Both the position numbers and the translations under genes were made by a program. A stretch of DNA of 64,000 nt from Cyanidioschyzon merolae. Taxonomy: Eukaryota. Numbering within the stretch: position 1 is the stretch's first letter; each line of letters starts with the position of its first letter. The notes below the pieces were generated by a model. That model did no database searches, was not told where the DNA came from, and saw nothing but the letters and a program-made list of their open reading frames with translations. The stretch is from assembly GCA_000091205.1 (NCBI GenBank), contig AP006496.2; one strand, written 5' to 3'. Positions 1 to 10,924 of this stretch are shown one piece after another.

Positions 1-8
1 GCGTCTTC

Positions 9-138
9 CCCGTAAACATACTCTATTTTGGTGAAAACCCTGACATACTGCAGAACGCATTTTGCATGATGATCATATCGACTGCCTGTGCGTTTCCCCA
101 CAAACATACTCTATTTTTGTGAAAACCCTGACGTATGC
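9..138. repeat. Two direct copies of a ~46-bp unit (period ~84 bp) at the window edge; may continue upstream of the window
   Basis: Read directly: 9-54 'ccccgtaaacatactctattttggtgaaaaccctgacatactgcag' vs 93-138 'ccccacaaacatactctatttttgtgaaaaccctgacgtatgctgg', ~85% identical. Confidence 0.6.
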
Positions 139-564
139 TGGATACCTTCGTCGAATCCATTGCTTGCGCCTGTGAATCGGAACAGGAATCGCAGAAACAG
201 AGTTGCGATCCAGTGAAGCGATCCCGACGGCTTTGCAATGAATCCCGTGTCTGTGCGGCCTTCTCGTGGACTGTACATGCGCATCCGAGGGGTGCAGCTC
301 CGTCGCATGCGTCCCGCGCCATCCAAAAATGACACTACGGGGTATCGCCCTCGTCGATCGTTGTCAGGAAAGCGACAGCGCTTCTGATTTTGCAAAGCGC
401 GCATACCTAGGTCCTTGAATTCCAGACGCGGTCCACGAGGTCTACCCCAGTCAGGTCCATGTGCGAACGCGTTTATCGACGGTCGCACCGCATCGATGCA
501 GTGATGATGGGAGCGGCGACGAAGGCGCTGCACTTCGGGTCGATAGCCGCAACGGCACCGCAAT

Positions 565-725
565 ACTGTGCGATCTGCGGTTGGCGACTTTTATCTCAGG
601 CACGGCATCTCGAGGTCTTTTATTGCTTGGTCAATCAAAGGTCAAAGCCCGACGACGAGACCGGTCTCGGGTTCGTAGCACATAGAAGCGTCTGCGGCTG
701 ATGCGAGATCGCTTCCGTGGTAACA
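565..725 (+). repeat. Copy A of a diverged ~160-bp dispersed element (partner in inverted orientation at 10925-11085)
   Basis: Hand alignment of 565-725 against the reverse complement of 10925-11085. Shared blocks are 'ggcgactttt', 'ggtctttt', 'cccgacg.gagaccggtc', 'agaagcgtctg' and 'atcgcttc'; ~65-70% identity. The resemblance also shows in two short ORF translations (459..701 + and 10942..11181 -). Confidence 0.5.
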
Positions 726-996
726 GGCACCACTCGCACATCCTAAGAATCCTGATTAGGCGGATCCAGCTTGTTTCACAGACAAAGAATGTAGTGCATG
801 CTGCGCCCTGCGCGGGCGCAGAGGTCTCGTTGCTCGAGTTTTGCAGCGTGAACCGCTGCGCAAACGCGCTACCGACCGCGTCGCGTTGCTGACCCAGCTC
901 GCTTATGCAAAGAGCGCCGCTTTCCCGCAGGCAAAGATCATTTCCGGGATGCCAACACTGCCACCGCCTTCGCCATTATCACCATTACCACGAAAA

Positions 997-2091
997 CTAG
1001 CGCTGCAACGGAACCAGGCCATCCGCAATCATCTGCTGAACATGCTCTCGAATCGTCAGATCGACACCGCGATACTCCATGCCAAGAAGCGTCTTCGATT
1101 TCGCGACATTGAAGCAAATCGGAATACCAACTCGATGACGAATCATCTCCCACGGCAGTCCGATAAATGGACCCGCCAAGTACATGAGCCACTTGGGAAG
1201 CTCTCGTTGTGGTAATCGGAAGCGCTGACCCCATTCGGCTCGCACCGCAGACGCCACTTCCAGAATGGACTTGTACCCAGCAACGACAATATACCGGCCA
1301 CTGGGGACGCGCTTCTTATCGCTGCCAGCACGGAGATGCGCCAGCGCAACGTCCCGAACGTCCACGATGGACTGCTGCCAGGCGGGCACACCCAATGCCA
1401 AGCGGCCGCCAAGCAGCTCTCGCATGAACTCGACTGAACCGGACTCGGTCTCCGTGGTTAACGAAGGCCCCAGGACGAATCCCGGCAGGATGGTGACCAA
1501 GTCCCAGCTCTTGTCCCGGTTCTCAGGGGCATGCGCGAGTTCCCAAGCGCGCCGCTCTGCTGCCGTCTTGCTGAAGCTGTACGGATCATTCTGCGGCGTT
1601 GATGTGGTGTTCCAGTCGGTCTCGTCATAGGTAGGCACCGGGTTGCCGTGCTTCTGATCATAGAAGCCGGTGACGGCAGCGATGGACGACGTCACCACAA
1701 CGCGACGGAGAGTCCGGCGCGTCTCAGGCCGCAAACAAGCACGCAACACGTTCTCCGTTCCCCGGACAGCCGGGTCGATAAAGCGTTTCTGACCACTTTC
1801 TCGAGACTTGCTGATTTGGAAAGGTGACGCAGTATGGTAGACCACTGAGCACTGCTTGATTGGTTCATTGAAGCTTTCCGCGTCCAGCAGGTTCGCTTGG
1901 TGAAGGACGAGTTGTCCGCCCTGCGAAGCGTGCTCCTCTGCGAGCCTCTTCAGGGGCTCTGTTTTCCGGTTCAAGTCCCGAACTGTGGCGTGAACGGTGT
2001 ATCCCTGCTCTAGAAGGTACTTTACGAGCCAGCATCCGATGTAACCGCTTGCACCTGTGACACAGACCGATTTATCTGCAGAAGAAGTCAT
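997..2091 (-). CDS. NAD(P)-dependent epimerase/dehydratase-family reductase (extended SDR; cinnamoyl-CoA/dihydroflavonol reductase-like)
   Basis: N-terminal Rossmann motif 'VCVTGASGYIGCWLVKYL' and catalytic 'YSFSK' (YxxxK). The track ORF starts on GTG at 2112. The first ATG, verified at 2091..2089, gives 'MTSSADKSVCVTGASG'. Confidence 0.75.
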   Translation of the reverse strand: MTSSADKSVCVTGASGYIGCWLVKYLLEQGYTVHATVRDLNRKTEPLKRLAEEHASQGGQLVLHQANLLDAESFNEPIKQCSVVYHTASPFQISKSRESGQKRFIDPAVRGTENVLRACLRPETRRTLRRVVVTSSIAAVTGFYDQKHGNPVPTYDETDWNTTSTPQNDPYSFSKTAAERRAWELAHAPENRDKSWDLVTILPGFVLGPSLTTETESGSVEFMRELLGGRLALGVPAWQQSIVDVRDVALAHLRAGSDKKRVPSGRYIVVAGYKSILEVASAVRAEWGQRFRLPQRELPKWLMYLAGPFIGLPWEMIRHRVGIPICFNVAKSKTLLGMEYRGVDLTIREHVQQMIADGLVPLQR

Positions 2092-2894
2092 CTGGAGCAA
2101 ACATAGGTGCACGACTCGAGCGCGTGGGTACTGCCGTCTGGGGTGCAGCAGCGTTCGGCGGCGGGTTGCCGCCCTACACGCGGCAGATTTGTTGTGCGGT
2201 GCGCGTCACTCGGGGTTACGCAAACGCGTTAGGCTGTGCACTCACTGAGGCACGTTACCCAGCACAGAAAAGACTGACCCAGTGGTCGCGGAGGTCGAGC
2301 TCGGACCCGGGCGCAAGCGCTCGCGCCGCCAGCAGCCTTGCGCCTTGCCTCTTTGCCCGACGGGTAGACCAGTGTCGGGGAACTAGGCTTTGCGCGTTTT
2401 TAACGGGGCGCTGTGCCCAGCGCGCTTGGCTTGCGGCGATGGATCAACGGAACGCTATGAGTGAAGTGCTTCTGCATATGCTGGTAGCATCTCCGAGTCT
2501 CATGCGCTAGGCGTGTGCGTGTTTTGTCGGGATTCTAGTATGCAGCAGCTATCGGTGCTGTGGCGCCGGCGTACATCCAGTGACATCGCCCATCTTCCTG
2601 TTGTTGTTCCTGCAATGCATCGCTGGATTCTCGGTCACAGGAGCGAGGAGATGCTTTACAGCCGGGAATACGCGCTAGTGTGGCGACACACAGCTTTTGC
2701 GCCGCCTGTTCGCCGCATCAGCGACGACGTGCACACCAGACCTCAGAGACCGACACAAGTCCTTTGACGCGCCGTTGATAAAAGCTGCCCAAAATCTGGA
2801 CAGTGCTCCATGGCCAACCCGCGTTGAATCACTGCAGCACCGTTGCGGCCAACGTGAAAACACCACAGTTGTCGACTATCTTTTATCAACAGAC

Positions 2895-4720
2895 CTAGTT
2901 TGCCTGCGTTCCCCGATGACTCGCCAATCTGGAGGGCCAAAGTGGCCCACCAGCCGCCCATTCTGGATTGTAACCTTTCCGCAGATACTCGGCATGCATG
3001 CGTTCCGCGAGATAGCGCGCGCGTTGTTCGTAGAGGCGCGCATCTGCCCAGTAGGTAGCCGGGTGCAGAAGGCGCGAATCGAGCCCGGGAATCGCACGCG
3101 GCACCCGCAATCCGAAAATCGGATCTGGCGCGGACACCTGACTCGTAGGGATCGCATCCGTGGCGATGGCACGCACGATTGCCCGCGAAACCTCCAGGTC
3201 CATGCGTGCGGCACCGTCGGCAGCGCCGCCGCCCGCCCAACCGGTATTCACCAGGTACACCTGGGTGCCGTGACGCTCCAGTTTCTCATTGAGCAATTGT
3301 GCATAGACTTGACCATTCAACGGCATGAACGCTGCTCCAAAACAGGTGCTGAAAGTGGCGGTCGGCCTCAGCACACCACGCTCCGTTCCAGCAACCTTGG
3401 CAGTGTACGCTAGAATAAAATGATAAGCAGCCTGGAGTGGTGTCAACACAGACACCGGGGGCAAGACGCCAAAAGCATCGCATACGAGGAAAATGAATGC
3501 CTTGGGCGGTGGACCCTGGCGTGATGCCTCCCACTGCGGTATATTGTGGATTGGGCAGGTCGCTCGGGTGTTCTCGGTTTTGGAAGCGTCATCAAACTGG
3601 ACAACGCCGTGTCCATCCACGACGACGTTTTCGAGAATCGTGGACGGCTTTCGAATTGCACTGTAAAGAATCGGTTCCTTCTCCGGCGACAGGCGGATCA
3701 CTTTGACGTATATACCACCCTCCATGTTGCGGATCGCCGTTTCGTCCCAGGAGTGCTCGTCGTCCCCGATGAGTTTCCGCTCGGGGTCCGCGGATAACGT
3801 TGATTTTCCGGTTCCCGACAAGCCGCTAGATTTCACGCAATGGTTAGTGTTCCGTTTTGCTGAATCGGCCTGCTGCGTGCTTCTGCGATGTTCCAAACTT
3901 ACGCAAAACAAATAGTGTCCGGATTCGTGTCCGATAGGGAGCGCGTCGCTGCGCAGTGTAACGGCAAAATGCCTTTCAGCGGCAGCATTCCGTTCATGAT
4001 GGTGAACACCGATTTTTTCATTTCACCCGCGTAGCTCGTGCCAGCGATAAGCGCCAAGCGACGCTCGAAACCGAGCACAATAAATATATCCGAGTTCAGT
4101 CCCATTGCCCGATAATGTCGATTGCGCAAGCCGCTAGCGTAAACCACGGTAAAGTCCGGCTCGCCGAAGCTCGCTGCCTCCGCCGGACTCGATAGCGGTA
4201 TAAATATGTTGCTGGCGAAGGCATGATGCCAGGCGAGTTCGGTCACGACGCGGAGCTTGAGACGGTTCGGTCCGCTGGATACGAGCCCGTCGAAGACGAA
4301 CAGCTCAGGCAAGGCTGATAAATAGTTGGCAACCTGTTTCTGAAGTTCGTCGACGATTGTTCGCTCTATTGGCTGGTTGACCTCGCCCCAGTCGATGCGT
4401 TCCGCTAGGGGCGAGCCCTCGCGACGTTCGATGTAGCGGTCACGCGGCGACCGGCCCGTGAACTCTCCGGTATCCACGCAAAGTGCACCCGGTGGGTCTC
4501 TCGCTTCAACGCCCTCACGTCGTTGTAACGCCAGTGCTTTCGCCTCGGAGAACGGCAGGTTCCGGTGAATGGCACCAGGCGCACGCTGGAAGCCTAGCTG
4601 CCTCACCAAGAACTGCTCTACGGTTTCCGGAGACGTTCCGCCGCTGCTTAGGCGGCGTTGCCAAGTGCGAAGCAACCGTGGACCGCTTCTCAAGCTGGTT
4701 CGAAGGCGAGGAAACCACAT
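2895..4720 (-). CDS. PCK: Phosphoenolpyruvate carboxykinase (ATP). Two exons: 4720..3903 and 3825..2895 (stop included); 77-nt intron at 3902..3826.
   Basis: Two adjacent minus-strand ORFs in different frames give one PEPCK-ATP protein once the intron is removed. The splice junction restores '...PDTICF|AGLSGTGKSTLSADPERKLIGDDEHSWDE' (kinase-1a motif). Downstream motifs include 'KTENTRATCPI', 'CDAFGVLPPVS', 'YHFILAYTAKVAGTERG', 'TFSTCFGAAF' and 'VYLVNTGWAGGG'. ATG verified at 4720..4718. Predicted product ~582 aa. Confidence 0.85.
3826..3902 (-). other. Spliceosomal intron (77 nt): GTAAGT donor, CACTAAC branch point, CTAG acceptor
   Basis: Minus-strand reading: 'ttttgc|GTAAGTttggaac...ggaaCACTAACcattgcgtgaaatcTAG|cggcttgtcgggaaccggaaaatca'. 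It contains the in-frame TAA that terminates the upstream ORF. Confidence 0.8.
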
Positions 4721-5258
4721 TATATTCTATTGAGCTCCTGGATAGCGTCCGTGTCCAGCGAGCGCTCTAGGTCGATGGAGGCGGCCATAACGATGTTCGC
4801 GCCTCAGATTGCTCAATTGGCGAAACGTTTACCAAGGCCAGCGTTCTCCGATTGTGTGCTTTTCTTTTTTTTTTGTTTTTCTTCAGTGCGCGATGACGTA
4901 TCTATCAGGTCCCCTACTTCCCAGTTGCATTACACATACTTCTTCTCGGATGTACTGGTCGTTCATCGCAATGCATGCAACGCATGCGCGATGTCGCACG
5001 TGGAATCCGCCGAACAGCCATACAGTGCGCTGGCGCGCATTGATCGCACTGCCTCCGTCTATATTGTCGCAAAACATTTAATATTATATAGTTCTGTACC
5101 GTTGGTGCAAGAGGTCCATGGAAGCGCGCAGCGCAGTGCGCCATCCCCAGCGAAAAGCGACTACATCTTCCAGACGATAGCTGAATGACCTCGCCTGCTG
5201 GACGGTATTTTCGGACTGCAGCGTCAGCCACAGAGACGAACGCGCCACGCACACCATC

Positions 5259-7550
5259 ATGGACTTGTCTAAAAGGGCAACAATAGCGCAACAACTTGAG
5301 TCTGCTGGAAGTGTACGGCGTAAAGAGCGGTCAAAGGACGTCGCTGTCTACAGGAGACGCTGCTTCCCAGTGCTGGTGACACTCCTGATGGGCTTGGCGC
5401 TTGGCCAGTTCCTGGTCTGCTTACATTCAGTGCAGGAAGCAGTTGCAAATGGGCCTCCTGAAGCGCAGAACGTTGTGTCACGGCCGGAAGAGGCGGTACC
5501 GGCCGCAATGCTGGGTTCTGGCGGTGCGGCCGCTGGCAGCTGGGGTGGTGTAGCGTCGCTGGCCGAGACGGTCACGGCGGATGAGGCCAAGGCGGCTGGG
5601 TCGGCGTCGTCTCCAGAGCATCCGCCGGACACCAGTGCTGCTGACGGGGCAACGGGGCCACCGCGCACGGATCCGCACGCGGAGAAGCACCTTGGCCTCG
5701 GTCTCTTCTACTCGATAGTGGCGCTCCTGATAGGCATCTTGCTCTCTTATCTTCTGCTGCAATACGGGTTTCACGCTCTACCAGACTGCATCGTGTATGT
5801 GATCATTGGTCTGACTGTTGGCGGGTTTTTGCGGCTCGCTGGAGACGACTACGCAGCGGTATCGCGAGCGCTCCCGAACCAGGAACAGTTTATGCTCTTC
5901 ATATTGCCCCCTGTGATCTTCGAAGCTGGGTATTCGCTGAACAAAGGCGACTTTTTTGCACAGGCTGGTTCCATTATTAGCTTCGCGGTGTTTGGAACCA
6001 TCATTTCCGCTCTAGCGTTTGGACTGGGCATGTGGTTCCTAGGCGTGCTCCACCTCTCGTACCGGTTGTATTTATTTGAGGCACTCGCTTTCGGATCTCT
6101 GATATCGGCTGTGGACCCGGTGGCCACCATTGCGATCTTCAATGCCCTCAAGGTGAACCGTACACTTCATTACTTGGTTTTCGGCGAGTCGGTGCTCAAT
6201 GACGCGGTCGCGATTGTGTTGTTCCAGACTTTTGGGGGCATGGTTGGCAGCGAGAGCGCAACCTCCTGGTGGCAACCAGTTGGTCATTTCGTGTATATTT
6301 TTCTGGGGAGCACAGCGATCGGCGCCGCGGTTGGCATGCTTTCAGCGCTCATGTTCAAGTACACCCGCCTCTACCGCTATCCAGTCCTGGAACTGAGTAC
6401 GTTGCTTCTGGTAGCGTACTTGCCTTATACATTTTGCGAGGGACTCGGCTTGAGCGGCATCATGAGCATTTTGGCAAATGGTGTCATGATGGCCCACTAC
6501 ACGCACCACAACCTTTCCTCAGTGACCAAACTGACTTCACAGCAATCGTTTAAGATGATCGCTTTCATTACGGAGACGTTTATTTTCATCTACCTGGGTC
6601 TCGCGCTGACGCTCTTCGCCCACTCTTGGCATTTCATGACTGTTTTCTGGGGTATCCTGTTGACGCTTCTGTCCCGGTTTGTGAACGTGTTCCCTTTATC
6701 GGCGATTCTCAACCGATATCGCCGTGAGAAGATCAACGCCACGAATCAGTTCGTGCTGTGGTTCTCCGGGCTCCGAGGCGCGATCGCTTTCGCGCTGTCG
6801 TTGAACTTTCCGTCGGCGGACTCGGGAGACCCTGCCCGAGATCTGGAAACCCGGCGAGCGATTATCTCCACAACGCTGGCTATTGTGATCTTCACAGTGA
6901 TCGTGCTGGGCGGTGGAACTTTGCCCCTACTTCGATTGCTTCGCGTCGAGCAAGCAGAGTCCGCAGACAACTATGAAATGTCCCGGGTGCACGCCGACGC
7001 CGTAAGTTCAACGGATCAGGCGGCAGCGACCACGGTGAGCTTTGCGGACGCTGATGCTGCTGGCCAAAGAACCGCTATCTTTGTGGGCTTTGAAACAGAC
7101 TCGCCTGTTTTTCGTCCGGCACAAGACGCGACAACGACAGGGGACGGCTCGGCGACATGGAACGCCCCGACGATACAAACATCCATGGACGCGCACCGAG
7201 AAGCGGCGGCGAGTGCTTCGTCTTTGCAGCACCCCGTTGCGTCTGGGCATGCTGCATCGATGACTGCTGAGGAGAGCATGTCGTGGCTGCAGCGCCTGGA
7301 TGAACGAATCCTCCAGCCATTCTTCCGAGCGCAGCATCGACAAGTTGGGCGCCAAGGTATAGAGCGGTTTCTCAAGGACGGGGAACGTCGGCTTTTGTCG
7401 CCCACGGAACTTGCCCAGATCGTCTCCCGAGCTGCTTGGGATGAGAGCGACGAGGATACCGGATCGTCCCTGCCCGAGACCGCAGAACATGCGGAAATGG
7501 GTCAACTGGGGCAACAGACACTGGAAGATGGCTCGACATCGGGTCGGTAA
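5259..7550 (+). CDS. Na+/H+ exchanger (CPA1/NHE family), 763 aa
   Basis: ATG verified at 5259. Multi-TM core with NHE hallmarks 'FMLFILPPVIFEAGYSLNKGDFF', 'FGESVLNDAVAIVLF' and 'SGLRGAIAFALS'. Ala/Ser-rich N- and C-terminal extensions. Confidence 0.85.
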   Translation: MDLSKRATIAQQLESAGSVRRKERSKDVAVYRRRCFPVLVTLLMGLALGQFLVCLHSVQEAVANGPPEAQNVVSRPEEAVPAAMLGSGGAAAGSWGGVASLAETVTADEAKAAGSASSPEHPPDTSAADGATGPPRTDPHAEKHLGLGLFYSIVALLIGILLSYLLLQYGFHALPDCIVYVIIGLTVGGFLRLAGDDYAAVSRALPNQEQFMLFILPPVIFEAGYSLNKGDFFAQAGSIISFAVFGTIISALAFGLGMWFLGVLHLSYRLYLFEALAFGSLISAVDPVATIAIFNALKVNRTLHYLVFGESVLNDAVAIVLFQTFGGMVGSESATSWWQPVGHFVYIFLGSTAIGAAVGMLSALMFKYTRLYRYPVLELSTLLLVAYLPYTFCEGLGLSGIMSILANGVMMAHYTHHNLSSVTKLTSQQSFKMIAFITETFIFIYLGLALTLFAHSWHFMTVFWGILLTLLSRFVNVFPLSAILNRYRREKINATNQFVLWFSGLRGAIAFALSLNFPSADSGDPARDLETRRAIISTTLAIVIFTVIVLGGGTLPLLRLLRVEQAESADNYEMSRVHADAVSSTDQAAATTVSFADADAAGQRTAIFVGFETDSPVFRPAQDATTTGDGSATWNAPTIQTSMDAHREAAASASSLQHPVASGHAASMTAEESMSWLQRLDERILQPFFRAQHRQVGRQGIERFLKDGERRLLSPTELAQIVSRAAWDESDEDTGSSLPETAEHAEMGQLGQQTLEDGSTSGR

Positions 7551-8451
7551 CCGCGCGCACTCGCTTGTGCGCAATCCTTGCGGTTTAGCGGGCACATGAT
7601 GCTGCATATATACATTTGTTCACGAGTTTGCTCGTTATTGTTGGTGTTCGGCGTTCTCGTGTGTGGCCCTGACGACCAGCGACAGGGCACGCGGCATGCC
7701 GGGAGCAGCATTGGACTCATCGTATAAACGCAATGCTTGCACTGTTTCTCCCGAGCGATCCGTCACAGTTTACGAGCTGCCCAGGTAATTCCAGAGACAA
7801 TGCGTCTCTGGTGACGGCGGTCTCTAGTGCTCACAGAGACGCTATGGAACTCGCGCTGCGCTTCATGTTCTGGGCGATAGGTACACAGCAGGAAACCGGC
7901 ATCGCAAGAGCATGCACGTGCCGTCGAGGTCGGGTCGTTCAGGCAAACCCCTTGGGGCCTGTTCGCAACAAGCGCGGCGCCTGCGTTCCCCTCGAGACAA
8001 GTCAGCGCCCGTCTGCAGCCGGTACGTCGGCTTGCGGCAGCTCGGCTGCATGCAACGCTGAACAGCGATGATCAACCTAACAACAACAACAACAACGTCA
8101 TCATCGACTGGAGAGGTGGATGCGCAGCACTCGGATGCCGCCTGCGAAACACATCATACGTCGTTGCGTTGTGCTTACTGAGCACGAAAGCGTCGCTGTT
8201 CCACGTTGCAAGGTGCTTCATCGTCGACTTTAAGAGTACGTCCCATTGCTTCGCTGGCCGCACGCTGTAACCCGTCGAGCCAGTGTTGTACCCAGTGCAG
8301 TATGGAGCACAGCATAACCGAGAGGCCGCGCGTTGCGTCCACTAGTCGGTTTCCTGAACGCCACACCCGCCTGGGACCCCGTGTAGACGCTGCGTACTCG
8401 AAGGCACCTCTCGCGGCCAGGTGCAAGCACTGCAGTATAAGTGAGGAGCGT

Positions 8452-8682
8452 TCAGTTTGATTGAGAGGAGGCTGGTGAACGTGGTCGTCGTGCTTCACTT
8501 GCGAGATAGTTCAGCTCACGTTTCACCAGCAGTTCTTTTGCAAGACATTGATCCAGTTCACGCTTGCAAGCGTTGCACTTACCGAAGAATTTGAGGACCT
8601 TGTGATGATAGTGGCAATCTTCCAACTGCTTGATCAGCTCCCGACACAACGGGTGATCACTGGCTTTCAACACGGGATGCAT
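8452..8682 (-). CDS. Small twin-Cx9C (CHCH-domain) protein, likely mitochondrial intermembrane space, ~76 aa
   Basis: 'CRELIKQLEDC' and 'CNACKRELDQC' are two C-x9-C motifs about 12 residues apart. The in-frame ATG at 8682..8680 was verified ('MHPVLKASDHPLCRELIK...'). The longer track ORF upstream lacks coding character. Confidence 0.55.
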   Translation of the reverse strand: MHPVLKASDHPLCRELIKQLEDCHYHHKVLKFFGKCNACKRELDQCLAKELLVKRELNYLASEARRPRSPASSQSN

Positions 8683-8942
8683 GTGCACGGCTGCAAATCC
8701 AGCAACAAAATTTAAACTCAACAAACAGTGATAATAACCTGCACAACGCTGCAAGCGTTGACTACGAACGTCTCTGACTGACCGACCGACTGACTGACTG
8801 ACTAGTTGCAGCCCGCGCAACGGCATCACAAACGCGCTTGCTGCGGGGCGTTACGGGAGCGGCACTGCTAGAGAGTCGCGGACGGCGTTTTGGTGGCAGT
8901 TTGAAACCGAAAAACCTCTCTGTCACGATAAAGCAGTCTAGG
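8683..8942. promoter_or_regulatory. Divergent intergenic/promoter region between the CHCH gene (-) and the glucosidase II beta gene (+); contains a (GACT/CCGA)n microsatellite at 8771..8803
   Basis: Head-to-head gene arrangement; 'ctgactgaccgaccgactgactgactgactag' read directly. Confidence 0.45.
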
Positions 8943-10604
8943 ATGAAGCTCGGGCGGCTAGGAACACCAGTCATGCGACCCGCTTTGCACGTGTGGTGTC
9001 TCTTGTGGCTCTGCGCACTCTTGACGGAGTTCGTTGCTGCAGGCACGATTCAGCGGGTTATTGGCGCTGACCCTGAAACCGAGAGACGTTTCATCGCCCA
9101 GATCGCTTCGTTGGGAGGATTCCGGTGTTCGAACGACAGCGGAACGCTGCTGCCGCCTTCTTTTTTAAACGATGACTACTGCGACTGCCCGAACGGTGCT
9201 GATGAACCGGGCACGGCAGCCTGTGCTGGCCTCGCTCCGCTCTCCCAAAAGTTCTTCTGCCCCGGAGAAGACAACGATAAGCAGACGCTGCCGCTCTCCT
9301 GGGTGAACGACGGCCAGTGCGACTGCTGCGACGGCTCGGACGAGTGGCTCTCAGGTGTCCAATGTGAGAACGTTTGCGACGTGCTGCGCTCGGAACGCCT
9401 TCGGGAGCTCGAGCTGCAGTTAGCTCGTTACCGACAAGGCCTAGAGAAGCGAGCCGAGCTTGTTGAAGAGGCAGCTCGGATCCGACAGGCGGAAGGCAAC
9501 CAGCTCGTAGTGACGAAGCGACAACGACTCGCCGAAGCGGAACGCACCCTAGCCGCCATCGAACAGAAGCGAAGGTTCTTTGAAACCTGGCTCCGCTGGT
9601 TCGATACTTCTACGGAAGCGCTTGCTGACGCTGGAGAACGACCACCTGCACAGCAACAGGATGCACAGCAGCAGGCATCGCCTTCTGGGCTGGCAGAAAT
9701 GGTCACTTCCGAAGTCGAGCGCGAGTTGGCGGCAGTTCCGAGCGAGCGCGACCTTACCACCGCACCCCAGGCGAAGCCTCTCTGGCGACGGTGGTGGTGG
9801 TGGTCGTGGCGGCGGCACCACTTCTGGGAACGCTTCATCGGGGCGTCCGACTCGAGCGCACCCATCGTTGAACTGGATGAGCCGGTCGATCTCGAGAGCA
9901 CTGCTTGTATGCGACTGATGCGACTGCAGGCGCCCATCTGGGTCGTGCAGCGCTTCGAAAGACTCTGGGGACAACACCTGGCACCAATGGAACGCATTCG
10001 ACGAAGCGTTGGGCGCTTTGCAGCTCCGCTGCTGAAACGCAGTGTTCAGCATCGGCACATCCGCACTTGTCTGCGTCTAGCGCAGGGGGGCGTTGCACGC
10101 GCCCACCGAGAGCGCGAGGAGGCTGCGCGGGCGCTCGAGGAAGCGCAGCGCCTCGAAGATGCTTATCTGGGCCCTCAGGATGTATTGTTGGGTATGCGGG
10201 ATCATCCTTGCTTACGGAAGACTGTTGGACAGTACGACTACGAAGTGTGTCTTTTGCAACACGTGAAACAGTATGAACGAGTGAGCAGAGGGAGCCACAC
10301 CGGCATCGTGCTGGGAAGTTTTGCGTACGCGGAGCACGTTTCGGTGAACTGGAGCGGTTCACCTGATAAACTGGCCCTCCAGTACCTGGGCGGGGATATG
10401 TGTTGGAATGGACCCCAGCGCGAAGCTACCGTGATCGTCGAGTGTGACCCGAACCTGAGCATCCTGACCGTAACAGAGACTGAACGATGCAAGTACCGCG
10501 TGACACTCCAGGGGCCTCTGGGTTGCTTCGAGGAGGCGCTAGCGGAGCTGGAGCGGCAACGAGCTCGCCTCTCAGTTCAACAGCAGCCCGCTAGCTCATC
10601 CTGA
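8943..10604 (+). CDS. Glucosidase II beta-subunit-like protein (PRKCSH family): signal peptide, two LDLa-like Cys modules, coiled coil, C-terminal MRH domain
   Basis: 'MKLGRLGTPVMRPALHVWCLLWLCALL' signal. 'DDYCDCPNGADEPGTAAC' and 'VNDGQCDCCDGSDEW' modules. MRH domain 'CLRKTVGQYDYEVCLLQHV...DMCWNGPQREATVIVECD...ERCKYRVTLQGPLGC'. The track ORF starts on TTG at 8838; the first ATG, verified at 8943, was used. No C-terminal HDEL was seen. Confidence 0.75.
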   Translation: MKLGRLGTPVMRPALHVWCLLWLCALLTEFVAAGTIQRVIGADPETERRFIAQIASLGGFRCSNDSGTLLPPSFLNDDYCDCPNGADEPGTAACAGLAPLSQKFFCPGEDNDKQTLPLSWVNDGQCDCCDGSDEWLSGVQCENVCDVLRSERLRELELQLARYRQGLEKRAELVEEAARIRQAEGNQLVVTKRQRLAEAERTLAAIEQKRRFFETWLRWFDTSTEALADAGERPPAQQQDAQQQASPSGLAEMVTSEVERELAAVPSERDLTTAPQAKPLWRRWWWWSWRRHHFWERFIGASDSSAPIVELDEPVDLESTACMRLMRLQAPIWVVQRFERLWGQHLAPMERIRRSVGRFAAPLLKRSVQHRHIRTCLRLAQGGVARAHREREEAARALEEAQRLEDAYLGPQDVLLGMRDHPCLRKTVGQYDYEVCLLQHVKQYERVSRGSHTGIVLGSFAYAEHVSVNWSGSPDKLALQYLGGDMCWNGPQREATVIVECDPNLSILTVTETERCKYRVTLQGPLGCFEEALAELERQRARLSVQQQPASSS

Positions 10605-10924
10605 GCGTTTTGCACGGGTCCAGGGCAATGAGTGCTCCGCTCTCTACCGATGGGAACGGTGGCAATGGTGACGATAACCGTGAAACGCGCAACCAAGCGC
10701 TGCACTTGGCGTTTTCGGAAAGGTTGGCGATGAGGTCGTGCGCAACAGACCTGGTTGCTGGCTTGTAGGTACAGGATCGTTTTCGAACGCAAGCTACTGG
10801 ATGCAGTGCAATGACGAGCGGGGTATTGACTCCCGACGGCACGCTAACTGCTAGAAGTTTTGGACGCTGTCATACCGATGTGTATCATGAGATTTCTGCG
10901 GATACAAGAGAGCGACCAGACATC

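Noticed and set aside
2895-4720. Two separate genes, or a frameshifted PEPCK pseudogene (ORFs 3899..4720 and 2895..3911 overlap by 13 nt in different frames)
   Set aside because: Removing a 77-nt GTAAGT...CACTAAC...TAG segment joins them exactly across the conserved P-loop. An intron is the parsimonious explanation.
7008-7607. Minus-strand ORFs antisense to the NHE gene, and similar antisense ORFs opposite GIIbeta (9428..10362) and FANCD2
   Set aside because: They are GC-rich antisense shadow frames with Arg/Ala/Pro-biased composition and no motifs.
8452-8829. Full 125-aa track ORF for the CHCH protein
   Set aside because: The N-terminal 49 codons lack coding character and precede the first Cx9C motif by an implausible leader. 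An internal ATG at 8682 gives a protein of typical Cx9C size.
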